DNA from: Fibrobacter succinogenes subsp. succinogenes S85 | GTDB lineage: Bacteria; Fibrobacterota; Fibrobacteria; Fibrobacterales; Fibrobacteraceae | Length of the DNA stretch: 32,000 bases | Direction: 5' to 3' | Assembly: GCF_000146505.1 (NCBI RefSeq) | Contig: NC_017448.1 | Location: 2,760,001 to 2,792,000 of the forward strand | Shown here: piece by piece, positions 1 through 7,320 of the stretch | How the letters are laid out: each line of letters opens with the position of its first letter | How positions within the stretch are numbered: position 1 is the stretch's first letter | The notes under the pieces: generated by a model | The model's input: the letters and a program-made list of their open reading frames with translations, nothing else | Told to the model about the DNA's origin: nothing | The model's database searches: none | Program-made: the position numbers and the translations under genes

Positions 1-2
1 CT

Positions 3-872
3 GAGTCTGATGATGGTTTCATGTCCGTTTCTGAATCCGCTGCTCCTGCCAAGGCAGCCGCTGATGATGACGAAGAAGAGGAAAATGTCGAAGCTTCCAT
101 GGCTGGCATGACTGCTGCCCAGAGAAATGACTACCTCACCCGTAAAAAATTTGAAGAAGAACAGCGCTTGGACGAATATGCAAACTCCGAACGCCGTCGT
201 GACTGGCTCAAGGACCGTCTGGTTTTTGAAATGGGCCTCGGTTCCCGTATGCCGGTTATGGGCGAAACGGGTGTCGGTTTCGGTATCGGTGCTGAATATA
301 TTACGCGCTGGCATGTCGGTCTCTTTGCTTCGTACGGCTTCTTGCCGAAGGTCAAGGACAACGAATTTGACTACATGAAGCTTGAAGGCGGTACTGGCTA
401 TAAGGTCGGTATCAACTACTACTTCTTCCCGAAGATTCCTATTCACTTAGGATTGTCCGCTTCTTACGGTACGGTTTATTATGACCATGACATGGAACCG
501 GATGAAAATAACCTCCGTAGCTTGATTTCTGTAAAGGGCTACCAGTTTGACGTGCTTATTTCTTACCTTTCCAATGAATGGTACTACTTGCAGTTCTCCT
601 TCGGTATGTACTATGCACCGGATCTTGGCAAGGCCCCGGAAAATAACCCGAGCTTCAAGAAGACGGTGGACTCCAGAACGGAAGCTGTCGACACCTACGC
701 ATCTCGCGTCGTGAACAAGCCTAACGGCATGGACAAGACTGGTATTGTGTTCGGTGTTACGATTGGTTATGCTTTGCCGGAATTCTTCCCGGACGATACC
801 GAAAAGCGTCGCCGTCAGCGTGAAAAGGAACGCAGCAAAGCTGCCGCTGGCACAACCGCCTGGAACCGCTAA
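3..872 (+). CDS. Hypothetical beta-strand-rich (possibly outer-membrane) protein, probably 5'-truncated by the window edge
   Basis: The frame is open from nt 3 (GAG TCT GAT GAT GGT TTC ATG...), with no stop before the ATG at 21. An acidic low-complexity stretch (AADDDEEEEN) is followed by about 200 aa of aromatic/Gly beta-strand-like segments (GFGIGAEY, GLFASYGF, GYKVGINYYF, LQFSFGMYY, GVTIGYAL) and a basic tail. A strong terminator follows. No family recognised. Confidence 0.6.
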   Translation, partial: ESDDGFMSVSESAAPAKAAADDDEEEENVEASMAGMTAAQRNDYLTRKKFEEEQRLDEYANSERRRDWLKDRLVFEMGLGSRMPVMGETGVGFGIGAEYITRWHVGLFASYGFLPKVKDNEFDYMKLEGGTGYKVGINYYFFPKIPIHLGLSASYGTVYYDHDMEPDENNLRSLISVKGYQFDVLISYLSNEWYYLQFSFGMYYAPDLGKAPENNPSFKKTVDSRTEAVDTYASRVVNKPNGMDKTGIVFGVTIGYALPEFFPDDTEKRRRQREKERSKAAAGTTAWNR

Positions 873-890
873 TTTCAAGAGAAAAAGTTT

Positions 891-925
891 AGCCCGCCTG
901 TTCAATCGAACGGCGGGCTTTTTTG
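891..925. terminator. Bidirectional rho-independent terminator between the first CDS (+) and tRNA-Arg/rimO (-)
   Basis: Stem AGCCCGCC (891-898) pairs with GGCGGGCT (912-919), with a 13-nt loop. A T-run at 919-925 follows on the plus strand, and the minus-strand 3' side is A/T-rich. Confidence 0.7.
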
Positions 926-932
926 TGTTTAA

Positions 933-1004
933 TACCCATGTCCGGAATCGAACCGGAATACCTTCCTTCGGAGGGAAGGACACTATCCATTGTGATACAC
1001 GGGC
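933..1004 (-). tRNA. tRNA-Arg (anticodon CCG), 72 nt, CCA not encoded
   Basis: Cloverleaf read by hand on the minus strand. Acceptor stem GCCCGTG/CATGGGT (two G-U pairs); D-arm TCAC-AATGGATA-GTGT; anticodon stem CTTCC/GGAAG with loop CTCCGAA (anticodon CCG); 4-nt variable region; T-arm TCCGG-TTCGATT-CCGGA; discriminator A. It lies 43 nt downstream of the rimO stop on the same strand, and a TATATT box lies between them. Confidence 0.85.
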
Positions 1005-1047
1005 GTGAGCCTTTAAGGCGGGTATAATATAGTAAAAAGGCCTTTTC

Positions 1048-2361
1048 CTAGTCTATCAGTTTCACCACAAGTTCGTGCGGTTCGGCGTCTACGACGAGTG
1101 CGTTGTGGAATTCGCCCACGTCACCATCGCCTTCGATGACCTTCACGATATCATCGTTTTCCATCGAGTTGCCTTCCGTGCGACCGTAGAAGTGGTATTC
1201 GCTTTCCTCGGCAACCTGGTCAATGATAATCTTGACCGTCTTTCCGATCATGTTCTCGGCGTATTCGGCAGCGAGTTCTTCCTGATAATCCGTGACCGCT
1301 TCGAGCCTTGCGCGGGCATCGCTTTCGTCCACCGCGGGGAGGTCCATTTCCATCACCGGAGTACCTTCTTCGGGGCTGAATACAAAGCCGCCCAGGTGGT
1401 CAAATTGCACATCCTGCAAAAGTTCCATCAGCTCTTCAAAATCTTCGTGCGTTTCACCGGGGAAACCGACGAGCACCGTACTGCGGAGCGTCACGCCCGG
1501 GATGCGTTCGCGAATCTTGTGCAAAAGATCGACAAGTTCCTTTTTGCGGTAGTTGCGCTTCATGTTCTTGAGCATCTTGTCGCTTGCATGCTGGATCGGC
1601 ATGTCCACGTACTTCACGAGGCGCGGTTCCTTAGCCATCAAGTCCAGAAGTTCGTCGTCTACGAACATTGGGTACCAATAAAGCATGCGGATCCACGGGA
1701 TGTTCGTGTTGTCCAAAAGGGCTCGTAAAAGTTCAACAAGCGTGCCGCCTTTTTTGCCCTTTTCACGTCCAAAGTAAGTCGTGTCCTGTGCAATCAAAGT
1801 AATTTCCTTGACGCCCTGGGCTTCGAGGTCCTTTGCCTCTGCAACGATATCTTCAATGGAACGGGAGTCCTGCTTTCCGCGGATGAGCGGGATGGCACAG
1901 TAGGCGCAACGGCGGTTACAGCCTTCCGCAATTTTCAGGTAGGCGTGGTGGCTAAATCCTCCCAAGTTCATGCGGGGGAGGTTTTCGGCGTCACAGCTCT
2001 GTGGAGCGACGATGCCCATCTTTTTCAAAAGTTCGCCCGGCTTGTACGTGCCGACCCAGTAGTCCACCTCGGGCAGTTCCTTCATCAGCTCTTCGCCGTA
2101 GCGACCGCTCAGGCATCCCGAAACAATCAGCTTCTGCTTTGCCTTCTTTGCTTTCGCCTGGGCGAGAATCGCGTTGATGGATTCTTCCTTGGCGGCTTCG
2201 ATGAACCCGCATGTGTTCACGAGGATGTAGTCCGCCTTCCCGGCGGTATCGCAGGTCGCAAAACCTGCATGGAGCATTTCACCGACGAGGTTTTCGGCAT
2301 CAACCTGGTTTTTAGCGCATCCGAGATGCACGACGAATACTTTTGGCTTTTTTGTAGGCAT
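1048..2361 (-). CDS. rimO: Ribosomal protein S12 methylthiotransferase RimO (radical SAM, MiaB family, C-terminal TRAM domain)
   Basis: N-terminal KVFVVHLGCAKNQVDAE, radical-SAM cluster AEGCNRRCAYCAIP, YVDMPIQHAS, LRSTVLVGFPGETHEDF and a C-terminal TRAM-like segment. These match the RimO pattern (E. coli LGCPKNLVDSE / SEGCNHRCTFC / YLDIPLQHAS). I chose the start at MPTKKPKVF (ATG at 2361) rather than the ORF-track ATG at 2397. Confidence 0.9.
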   Translation of the reverse strand: MPTKKPKVFVVHLGCAKNQVDAENLVGEMLHAGFATCDTAGKADYILVNTCGFIEAAKEESINAILAQAKAKKAKQKLIVSGCLSGRYGEELMKELPEVDYWVGTYKPGELLKKMGIVAPQSCDAENLPRMNLGGFSHHAYLKIAEGCNRRCAYCAIPLIRGKQDSRSIEDIVAEAKDLEAQGVKEITLIAQDTTYFGREKGKKGGTLVELLRALLDNTNIPWIRMLYWYPMFVDDELLDLMAKEPRLVKYVDMPIQHASDKMLKNMKRNYRKKELVDLLHKIRERIPGVTLRSTVLVGFPGETHEDFEELMELLQDVQFDHLGGFVFSPEEGTPVMEMDLPAVDESDARARLEAVTDYQEELAAEYAENMIGKTVKIIIDQVAEESEYHFYGRTEGNSMENDDIVKVIEGDGDVGEFHNALVVDAEPHELVVKLID

Positions 2362-2522
2362 ACCCCAAATATAGAATTTGGGGCAAGGGTTTACCATGTC
2401 GGCCTGTTTGTGTGCCGATTCTTTTTTGATATCATCTTTTCCTTGTTAAATTGTTTATATTGTTGTAAAAAATACTGTAAGTGAATTTTATTCCTTACTT
2501 ACGAGTTAAAAAAGGAGAATCT

Positions 2523-3434
2523 ATGAATTTTAAGCTTTGGAGTTCCGCAGTCCTGCTGGTGGCTTCATTCGGACTCATCGCTTGCGATGAAAGCAATCCA
2601 TCTTCTAGCAGTAACGCTACGCAAAATAATGGTTCAACGGGCAATCAAGGGACCTCTACTGGCGATAACCAGGGAACAAATCAGGGGACGAATCAGGGTG
2701 TTAATCCTAGCTCGGGTACGGCTTCTTGCAATGTCTCGACGACAAGCAATTCTGTAACGATTGAACAGATTATTCCGGGAACGGGTTCTTACACTTCGAC
2801 CGTGACCGATAACGGCACCCGCTACAGGACCATCAAGTCGGTATACACTTATTCTGATGCCCAGGCCTTGTCCGAGGAATGTGAAAGGGAAAAGAAGCAG
2901 GCTTCCAGCTGGAATGACGGCTCTGTTCAGGTGACTTGCACGGGTGACAAGATTTATGTCGATGTAATAGACGAAGGTTCTTTGCGGGAACACGAAGCTG
3001 ACTTTAGGGAAATGTGCGAAGATTTCCTGGTTTGGACAAATGGCTCTACGTCTAACAATACGTCAAATACGGGGAATAGCGCGTTTAAGTGCGAAGTGAC
3101 TCGCTCGGACAACGCCATCACGATTAATCAGGTGTTCATGGGCGAAGCTTTTGAAGAAACGACGACCTGGGCTCCGGATGGCAGCTACGCCATCGGCGTG
3201 CGCAAGATAACGTATACCGATGCTGAGGAAGCTACTGAAGAATGTTCTGATGAAAAGTCCGAAGCGCGGTATTCAGATGACGCTTCCTACACGGTCGAAT
3301 GCACGACCCATTCTGTCAAAGTCACGAAAAAAGTGAAGAACTACGACATTGATAGCTACGAAGCGTATTACAAAGCCTGGTGTGAAGACCAGAATAATCG
3401 CTTTCAGAGCGGTGACATGAGCCGCTACATTTAA
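2523..3434 (+). CDS. Secreted lipoprotein with N/Q/G/T-rich linker and two tandem ~100-aa Cys-containing repeat domains
   Basis: RBS GGAGA lies 5 nt upstream of the ATG at 2523. The signal peptide has a lipobox (LVASFGLIAC). A low-complexity linker (GNQGTSTGDNQGTNQGTNQG) is followed by two homologous domains, each with 4 Cys. Confidence 0.7.
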   Translation: MNFKLWSSAVLLVASFGLIACDESNPSSSSNATQNNGSTGNQGTSTGDNQGTNQGTNQGVNPSSGTASCNVSTTSNSVTIEQIIPGTGSYTSTVTDNGTRYRTIKSVYTYSDAQALSEECEREKKQASSWNDGSVQVTCTGDKIYVDVIDEGSLREHEADFREMCEDFLVWTNGSTSNNTSNTGNSAFKCEVTRSDNAITINQVFMGEAFEETTTWAPDGSYAIGVRKITYTDAEEATEECSDEKSEARYSDDASYTVECTTHSVKVTKKVKNYDIDSYEAYYKAWCEDQNNRFQSGDMSRYI

Positions 3435-3452
3435 CAAATCGCCCTGTTTAGC

Positions 3453-3481
3453 AAAAAAGGCTCCGCAAATGCGGGGCCTTT
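3453..3481. terminator. Bidirectional terminator between convergent lipoprotein and SPOR genes
   Basis: A 10-bp stem (AAGGCTCCGC / GCGGGGCCTT, one G-U pair) with loop AAAT, flanked by an A-run (3453-3458) and TTT (3479-3481). Confidence 0.6.
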
Positions 3482-3504
3482 AACAGTTCGTTGCTTTTGT
3501 AAAA

Positions 3505-4053
3505 CTACATGTCTTCGCTTGCGCCAGGCTGGCCAATGCGGTCGTTCTTGCGGTTGTCCACCCAACCGGCATAACCCTGCGGAGCGAGGACTTCCTTGCC
3601 AAACTGCTGGGCGTTTGCGATCGTGGAGAAGTAACCCACACGTACGCGGTAGAACGTGCCTTCGAGTTCGCCCGGATTTTCAACTTCGGCAACGTATGCC
3701 TTGATACCCTGGTCGGAGAGCTTGCTCACGACATTGTTTGCGGCTCTTCTGGAGGCCTGGATGCTCACCTGGATGACGAACGGGCCGGAGGATTCCTGTT
3801 CGACGGCGGAGACCGGAGCGGCGGGAGCTTCTGCCGGAGCTGCCTTTTCTTCGCTAAGAGACTGGATAGGGACCAATGCCGGTTCTTCTTGGGCCGGTTC
3901 CGGAGCGGCTTCCTGTACAGGAGCCGGTTGTTCGGTAGCGGGCTTTACTTCGGCTGCTTTAGGTTCCGTTTTTTCTTCCTTGCTGCCGCAGGCAGAAAGG
4001 AGGACGATGGAGAGGGTTATTGCCCCAAGGATTGATGCCGATTGCAATTTCAT
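3505..4053 (-). CDS. SPOR-domain (septal peptidoglycan-binding) lipoprotein
   Basis: Start at MKLQSAS (ATG at 4053, with GGAG 7 nt upstream). Lipobox LLSAC. A Pro/Ala/Glu-rich linker precedes a C-terminal SPOR-like fold (FVIQVSIQASRRAANNVVSKLSDQGIKAYV...YRVRVGYFSTIANAQQF). Confidence 0.8.
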   Translation of the reverse strand: MKLQSASILGAITLSIVLLSACGSKEEKTEPKAAEVKPATEQPAPVQEAAPEPAQEEPALVPIQSLSEEKAAPAEAPAAPVSAVEQESSGPFVIQVSIQASRRAANNVVSKLSDQGIKAYVAEVENPGELEGTFYRVRVGYFSTIANAQQFGKEVLAPQGYAGWVDNRKNDRIGQPGASEDM

Positions 4054-4303
4054 GGTCGTACTCCGCTTAAAAAATCTTTCCAACATAAAATGGAATATTC
4101 TTACGAAAAATATACATAAGTCGTTGATACTTCGCAAGTTACGAAGATTTGTTTTTGTGAAAATTTATGAAATTTTACAAAAAATTACGCGAAAAAAGCA
4201 AGTTTTTACCTATATTTGGTGCTCAAATGTTTATTGGTTTTGGGCTTGGGATTCCGCTTGCTTCAAAGGTGTCTTTATTCGACGAAATTTTTTTTAGAGC
4301 TCC

Positions 4304-4332
4304 TACACAAGGTTGTTTAAGTTACATATATT
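4304..4332 (+). promoter_or_regulatory. Candidate sigma70-type promoter for the sensor phosphatase gene
   Basis: TACACA (4304-4309), 17-nt spacer, TATATT (4327-4332), 54 nt upstream of the ATG at 4386. The -35 box is weak. Confidence 0.3.
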
Positions 4333-4385
4333 TTGCATGTAATAAAAAACAATTTTTGTTATAGCAAAAAGAAAAGGTTTTCCTT

Positions 4386-6320
4386 ATGGGCTTCAATATG
4401 CACGGGCTGGCATTTAAGCAGTCCATGATGACCCTAGTCGGTTTCAGCATCGTGTTTGCGACGCTGTTTGGGGTTCTCAGTTTTAAGGTGCAAAGCGAGC
4501 TTTCGACGGTGCTCACGGAAAAAGGCGAAGAAATCAGTCTTGCCAATGTCGCTATCATTGAAAATCTTTTTGAAAAAGGCAAAAAGCTCGGCGATGAATA
4601 TGCCGAAGTGCTTGGTAAGGAGATGCTTTCGGGGAAGGATCTCGATGACTTCTTGACTCAGGCTGTCTTTGATGCCCGCCAGACGCTTCCGCAAGTGCTT
4701 GCCGTGGTTGTCGCTTACGAGCCGGGAATGGCTCCCAAGGCTAAATGGCATCAGGAGGTGATGCGCCTTGCCCAGTATTCGGGTAACGAAATCAAACTCA
4801 TGAAGGGCAAGGACTACTTCGAAAAAACTTGGTACAAGAGCACCAAGAACTTGCAGAAGGGCCTTTGGCAGGAACCGTTCGTCGGAGACTTTATCAAGGA
4901 ACCGATTGCGATTTACACCGCCCCTATTTACCAAAAGGATGCCTATGGGAACACCGTTTTTGCGGGTGTTCTTTGCGTTGATATGTCGATTGCGTTCCTC
5001 AAGGAAACCGTGGCGTCGATTCCTGTGTCGAACTCGGGCTACGTCGTTGTGCTGTCCGCGAACAATACCATTATCGCGCACCCCAAGAACGAGATTGTTT
5101 TCAAGGAAAGCTTGTCTGACCTTTCCGGTGGAATGGGCGCACAGACGGTTACGGAATTCGAAAAGACCGTGCAGAGCATGAGGAAGGGCCTCTTTATGGG
5201 GACTACTGCTGATGGCAAGGATGCGGTCATTTACTTCAAGGCGATGGAATCGAACGGCTGGACGTTTATGATTGTGTGGCCCGCGAGTGAATTCATGGAA
5301 AGCCAGCGCTCCCTGGAAAAAATGTTTGCGTGGATGTGCTTTGCCGGCTATGTCGTGATGCTGCTTTTGATATTTGTGATTTCGACCAGGGTGTCCCGTC
5401 CGCTCAAGGAACTTGCTGTGGCGGCGAACAAAATGGGGCAGGGCGACTTCGATGTGGAAATCCCGCACCTCTCTGGGCGCGACGAGATTGCGCAGTTTGC
5501 ATGGGCTTTCTTGAACATGCGGACCTCGCTCAAGGAACACATGGAAAAGCAGAAGGACTTGGATCGCATTGAAAGCGAACTAGACTTTGCAAAGGATATC
5601 CAGATTGGGTTCCTGTCGATGGATGAAAAGGAAGAAGGCTCTGAAGATCCGTACCACGAACTGACTCCGTTCCTCTTACCGGCGAAGGAGGTTGGCGGTG
5701 ACTTTTACGATTTCTTCAAGCTGGACGACGGACGTCTGTGCGTGGTCGTAGGTGATGTTTCGGGCAAGGGCGTGCCTGCCGCACTGTTCATGATGGTTTC
5801 GCGCATTGTACTGCGAACGATGGCGCAGAACTTGAAGTCTGTTGTTGAAACTTTTGAAAAGGCGAACTACGAGCTTGCCAAGCGCAACCGTGCGAACATG
5901 TTCGTGACGGTCTGGATGGGGATTGTCGATTTGAAGACCGGACATGTGGAATTTGCATCGGCCGGACATAACCCGCCGGTCATCCGCCACAAGGACGGCT
6001 CTGCCGAATTTGCGAAGAGCAAGGCCGGGGTTGTGATGGCGGCGATGGAAAACTCGCGCTACAAGATGCAGACGCTCGAACTAGCTCCGGGCGATACGCT
6101 GTTCCTCTATACCGATGGCGTGACCGAAGCGACTAACGAACACAATGAACTGTTCGGCAACGACAGACTGCTAGACGCGCTTACGCATGGGGGCGGAAAA
6201 GGCACCAAGGAAATGTGCCGCTTTGTCAAGCGCCAAATCGATGCGTTTACGAGAAAGGCGTCGCAGTTTGACGACATTACCATGCTTGCAATGGAATATA
6301 AAGGGGGTAATGGTATTTAA
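4386..6320 (+). CDS. Membrane sensor serine/threonine phosphatase: Cache-like periplasmic domain - HAMP - PP2C/SpoIIE (RsbU-type)
   Basis: Two TM segments flank a ~280-aa extracytoplasmic domain. HAMP segment: RPLKELAVAANKMGQGDFDVEIP...DEIAQFAWAFLNM. PP2C/SpoIIE motifs: AKDIQIGFL, GGDFYDFF, VVVGDVSGKGVPAALFM, AGHNPP, LYTDGVTEA. Confidence 0.85.
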   Translation: MGFNMHGLAFKQSMMTLVGFSIVFATLFGVLSFKVQSELSTVLTEKGEEISLANVAIIENLFEKGKKLGDEYAEVLGKEMLSGKDLDDFLTQAVFDARQTLPQVLAVVVAYEPGMAPKAKWHQEVMRLAQYSGNEIKLMKGKDYFEKTWYKSTKNLQKGLWQEPFVGDFIKEPIAIYTAPIYQKDAYGNTVFAGVLCVDMSIAFLKETVASIPVSNSGYVVVLSANNTIIAHPKNEIVFKESLSDLSGGMGAQTVTEFEKTVQSMRKGLFMGTTADGKDAVIYFKAMESNGWTFMIVWPASEFMESQRSLEKMFAWMCFAGYVVMLLLIFVISTRVSRPLKELAVAANKMGQGDFDVEIPHLSGRDEIAQFAWAFLNMRTSLKEHMEKQKDLDRIESELDFAKDIQIGFLSMDEKEEGSEDPYHELTPFLLPAKEVGGDFYDFFKLDDGRLCVVVGDVSGKGVPAALFMMVSRIVLRTMAQNLKSVVETFEKANYELAKRNRANMFVTVWMGIVDLKTGHVEFASAGHNPPVIRHKDGSAEFAKSKAGVVMAAMENSRYKMQTLELAPGDTLFLYTDGVTEATNEHNELFGNDRLLDALTHGGGKGTKEMCRFVKRQIDAFTRKASQFDDITMLAMEYKGGNGI

Positions 6321-6359
6321 CCGGAAAGCACTCGTGAAAGTGCTTGCAAAATGTTACCC

Positions 6360-6388
6360 TTGACAGAAACCAAATATTTAGGTATATT
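6360..6388 (+). promoter_or_regulatory. Near-consensus sigma70-type promoter upstream of rpsU
   Basis: TTGACA (6360-6365), exactly 17-nt spacer, TATATT (6383-6388). The -10 extends to TATATTTG, matching the Bacteroidetes-type TAnnTTTG element. It lies 40 nt upstream of the GTG start. Confidence 0.5.
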
Positions 6389-6427
6389 TGGCTATCAAAA
6401 AAATGAAATTTTAACCAAAGGATTATC

Positions 6428-6637
6428 GTGATCGGCGTTATTGTTAAGTCCAACGAACCTTTCGAACGCGCTCTCAAGCGTTTCACCAAGTCTTGCGAAA
6501 AGAATGGTATCATTTCCGACGTCAAGAAGCGTCAGCGTTTCGAAAAGCCCTCCGAAGAAAAGAAGCGTATTGAAACGGCTGCTCGTCGCAAGCGTCTCAA
6601 AGAGATTGCTGACCAGAACCGCAAGCGTCTCTACTAA
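6428..6637 (+). CDS. rpsU: 30S ribosomal protein S21
   Basis: GTG start with AAGGA RBS. The sequence (VKSNEPFERALKRFTKSCEKNGIISDVKKRQRFEKPSEEKKR...) is the typical S21 pattern, at 69 aa. Confidence 0.95.
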   Translation: MIGVIVKSNEPFERALKRFTKSCEKNGIISDVKKRQRFEKPSEEKKRIETAARRKRLKEIADQNRKRLY

Positions 6638-6667
6638 TTCGATTCCTTAATCGGACTTTTTAAGCTT

Positions 6668-6701
6668 TAATGAGTTGTCAGCTTGTGCTGATGACTCATT
6701 A
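6668..6701 (+). terminator. Long hairpin after rpsU (terminator or attenuator)
   Basis: A ~15-bp stem (TAATGAGTTGTCAGC / GCTGATGACTCATTA, two wobble pairs) with loop TTGT. It is followed only by a weak T tract (GGTGTTTTA). Confidence 0.45.
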
Positions 6702-6761
6702 GGTGTTTTATAGCAAATCTTCATCGCTTGGAGCGAAGCGTTATAATCGCTCGAGGTCAAT

Positions 6762-7232
6762 ATGAGTTGTGCATTGCTTACCCAGATTCTCGACGACATC
6801 AAGACCGCCATGAAGGCTCACGATGCCGAAACTCTCGGAACTCTTCGTACGCTCCATTCTGACATCAAGAACGAAGCTATGAAGTCTGGTGCCACTCCGG
6901 CACAGATTACCGAAAGCATTACCGATGCCATGTGCATCGACGTTCTCGCCAAGAGCGTGAAGCAGAAGCAGGAATCCATCGAAATCCTCAAGAAGGGCGG
7001 ATTCCTGGACAAGATTCCGGCCGAAGAAGCTGTCATTGCCATCTACCGCAAGTACATGCCGGCCGAGATGACTGAAGACGAAGTCAAGGCCCTCATTGCT
7101 GAAATCAAGGCTGCAACGGGCGCCTCTTCTCCGAAGGACATGGGAAAGATCATGAAAGAACTTTCCCCGAAGGTCAAGGGCCGCTTCGATTCCAAGCGCG
7201 CCAGCGCCCTCGTGCAAGAAGCTTTGAAATAA
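6762..7232 (+). CDS. yqeY: GatB/YqeY domain-containing protein
   Basis: The N-terminal LTQILDDIKTAMKAHDAETLGTLRTLHSDIKN and the C-terminal KDMGKIMKELSPKVKGRFD pattern are typical of YqeY. The rpsU-yqeY neighbourhood is common. Confidence 0.8.
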   Translation: MSCALLTQILDDIKTAMKAHDAETLGTLRTLHSDIKNEAMKSGATPAQITESITDAMCIDVLAKSVKQKQESIEILKKGGFLDKIPAEEAVIAIYRKYMPAEMTEDEVKALIAEIKAATGASSPKDMGKIMKELSPKVKGRFDSKRASALVQEALK

Positions 7233-7258
7233 CACGAAGCGTCCAGTCCCGCTTTGTC

Positions 7259-7290
7259 ATGCCCGCCTCCGAGCGGGCATCTCCATTTTA
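7259..7290 (+). terminator. Hairpin terminator after yqeY
   Basis: An 8-bp stem (ATGCCCGC / GCGGGCAT) with loop CTCCGA and a weak T-rich tail (CTCCATTTTA). Confidence 0.45.
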
Positions 7291-7320
7291 TACAGTTCAA
7301 AAAATTTATATTGTTAGTCC

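Noticed and set aside
2362-2397. The ORF-track start of rimO at 2397 (MVNPCPKFYIWG extension), and the ORF-track starts at 23665 (exbB), 13658 (mqnB), 11319 (small OMP), 4137 (SPOR), 2481 (lipoprotein) and 15851 (ompA-like).
   Set aside because: In each case, an internal ATG preceded by a good RBS (or, for rimO, a -10 box) gives an N-terminus matching the family norm or a proper signal peptide. The extensions translate intergenic or hairpin DNA, or overlap the upstream gene.
4167-4364. A 65-aa ORF in the AT-rich spacer between the SPOR gene and the sensor phosphatase.
   Set aside because: It has no RBS, and its sequence is hydrophobic/low-complexity typical of translated AT-rich promoter DNA. 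The region is better explained as a divergent promoter region.
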